64,000 bases of DNA from Patescibacteria group bacterium. GTDB lineage: Bacteria > Patescibacteriota > Minisyncoccia > Phycocordibacterales > PALSA-1337. Shown here piece after piece: positions 63,373-64,000 of the stretch. The notes under the pieces were generated by a model. It saw only the letters and a list, made by a program, of their open reading frames with translations. It had not been told where the DNA came from and did not search any database. The stretch is from NCBI GenBank assembly GCA_038061795.1, contig JBBTYL010000002.1, positions 105,511 through 169,510 on the forward strand. The letters run 5' to 3'. The first letter of the stretch is position 1. Each line of letters opens with the position of its first letter. The translations under genes were made by a program, and so were the position numbers.

Positions 63373-63990
63373 ATGAAATTCATTCTTGGACGAAAATTAA
63401 ACATGACTCAAATCTTTGATAAAGATGGGCTTGTTCAGCCTGCGACTATGGTCGAGGCTTCTCCCATTGTCGTTACGCAGGTAAAGACAAAGGAAAATGA
63501 TGGCTACGCAGCTGTCCAAGTCGCCACAGGATCAAAGAATCCTAATCGCTTGAACAAGGCGATGAAGGGCCATATGAAGGACCTCGGGGCATACTCCGAT
63601 CTCCGGGAGTTTCGAGATTTCGCTTCTGATGTAGCTCCAGCACAGAAAGTCGGCGATAAGATCGACCTCTCTCAGTTTAAGGAAGGAGATGTCATCGAGG
63701 TAAGCGCCATTTCAAAGGGCAAGGGCTTTCAGGGTGTGGTCAAGAGACATGGTTTCGGAGGAGGTCCACGATCACACGGTCAGAAGCACTCTGAGAGAGA
63801 GCCAGGTTCTATTGGAGGGGGTCTTCGAAACAAGGTTCCGAAGAAGATGCGAATGGCAGGCCGAATGGGCAGCGATCGAATCACGGTGAAGAATCTAAAG
63901 GTCGTTCATATCGACTCTGCATCAAACACTCTTTATATTTCAGGAGCAATTCCTGGACGAAAGGGTACTCTTGTCGAAATAACAGGATAA
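63373..63990 (+). CDS. rplC: 50S ribosomal protein L3
   Basis: GRKLNMTQIFD...VTQVKT..DGY.AVQV...GKGFQGVVKRHGFGGGP.SHG is canonical L3. Confidence 0.95.
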   Translation: MKFILGRKLNMTQIFDKDGLVQPATMVEASPIVVTQVKTKENDGYAAVQVATGSKNPNRLNKAMKGHMKDLGAYSDLREFRDFASDVAPAQKVGDKIDLSQFKEGDVIEVSAISKGKGFQGVVKRHGFGGGPRSHGQKHSEREPGSIGGGLRNKVPKKMRMAGRMGSDRITVKNLKVVHIDSASNTLYISGAIPGRKGTLVEITG

Positions 63991-64000
63991 TCACTATGGA

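Noticed and set aside
1-64000. CRISPR arrays, IS elements, prophage or integrative elements, and alternative genetic code (UGA recoding)
   Set aside because: I saw no regularly spaced direct repeats, no transposase or phage-like ORFs, and the single tyrosine recombinase looks like a chromosomal Xer. All conserved genes read through intact with the standard code, and TGA is used as a genuine stop (for example at 1847-1849).

Overview
This 64 kb window is a compact, gene-dense bacterial chromosome segment of about 45% GC by eye. It holds roughly 62 protein genes and 4 tRNAs. I found no rRNA, CRISPR array, transposase or prophage. All product calls come from motifs I recognise in the translated ORFs; I could not run a database search.

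Housekeeping content: rsmA, pcrA, comM, an rpsO-NYN-pnp operon, a xer recombinase, xth, cca, hup, rny, clpP, rsmE, tig, nusA, tpiA-pgk, nrdDG, nifSU, recJ, rnhA, comEC, rpmB, and the str/S10 region (rpsL-rpsG-fusA ... tuf-rpsJ-rplC).

The gene content suggests a reduced, probably host-associated, anaerobic-leaning organism resembling Candidate Phyla Radiation/Patescibacteria (inference). The evidence is no biosynthetic operons, a class III ribonucleotide reductase, a type IV pilus-like operon, many signal-peptide proteins of unknown function, and a trigger factor without a PPIase domain.

Main points worth a second look:
1. At 14 or more genes a -10 box, often TGn-extended, sits 6-7 nt upstream of the ATG with no Shine-Dalgarno. 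This implies leaderless mRNAs and allowed several ORF-track starts to be corrected.
2. A pilB-pilC operon carries three atypical pilin-like genes, one of 592 aa. It lies next to a W/G-repeat secreted protein and a PEP-CTERM-tailed protein with no exosortase in view.
3. The str operon is split between fusA and tuf by about 4.9 kb of envelope genes, with its own terminators and promoters.
4. comEC is split, its beta-lactamase module has lost every metal ligand, and a sod gene is wedged between the two parts.
5. Two noncoding loci of about 0.4-0.6 kb have promoter and terminator signals and extensive hairpins, but match no RNA family I can recognise.
6. An orphan chorismate mutase is fused to a Cys4 tail.
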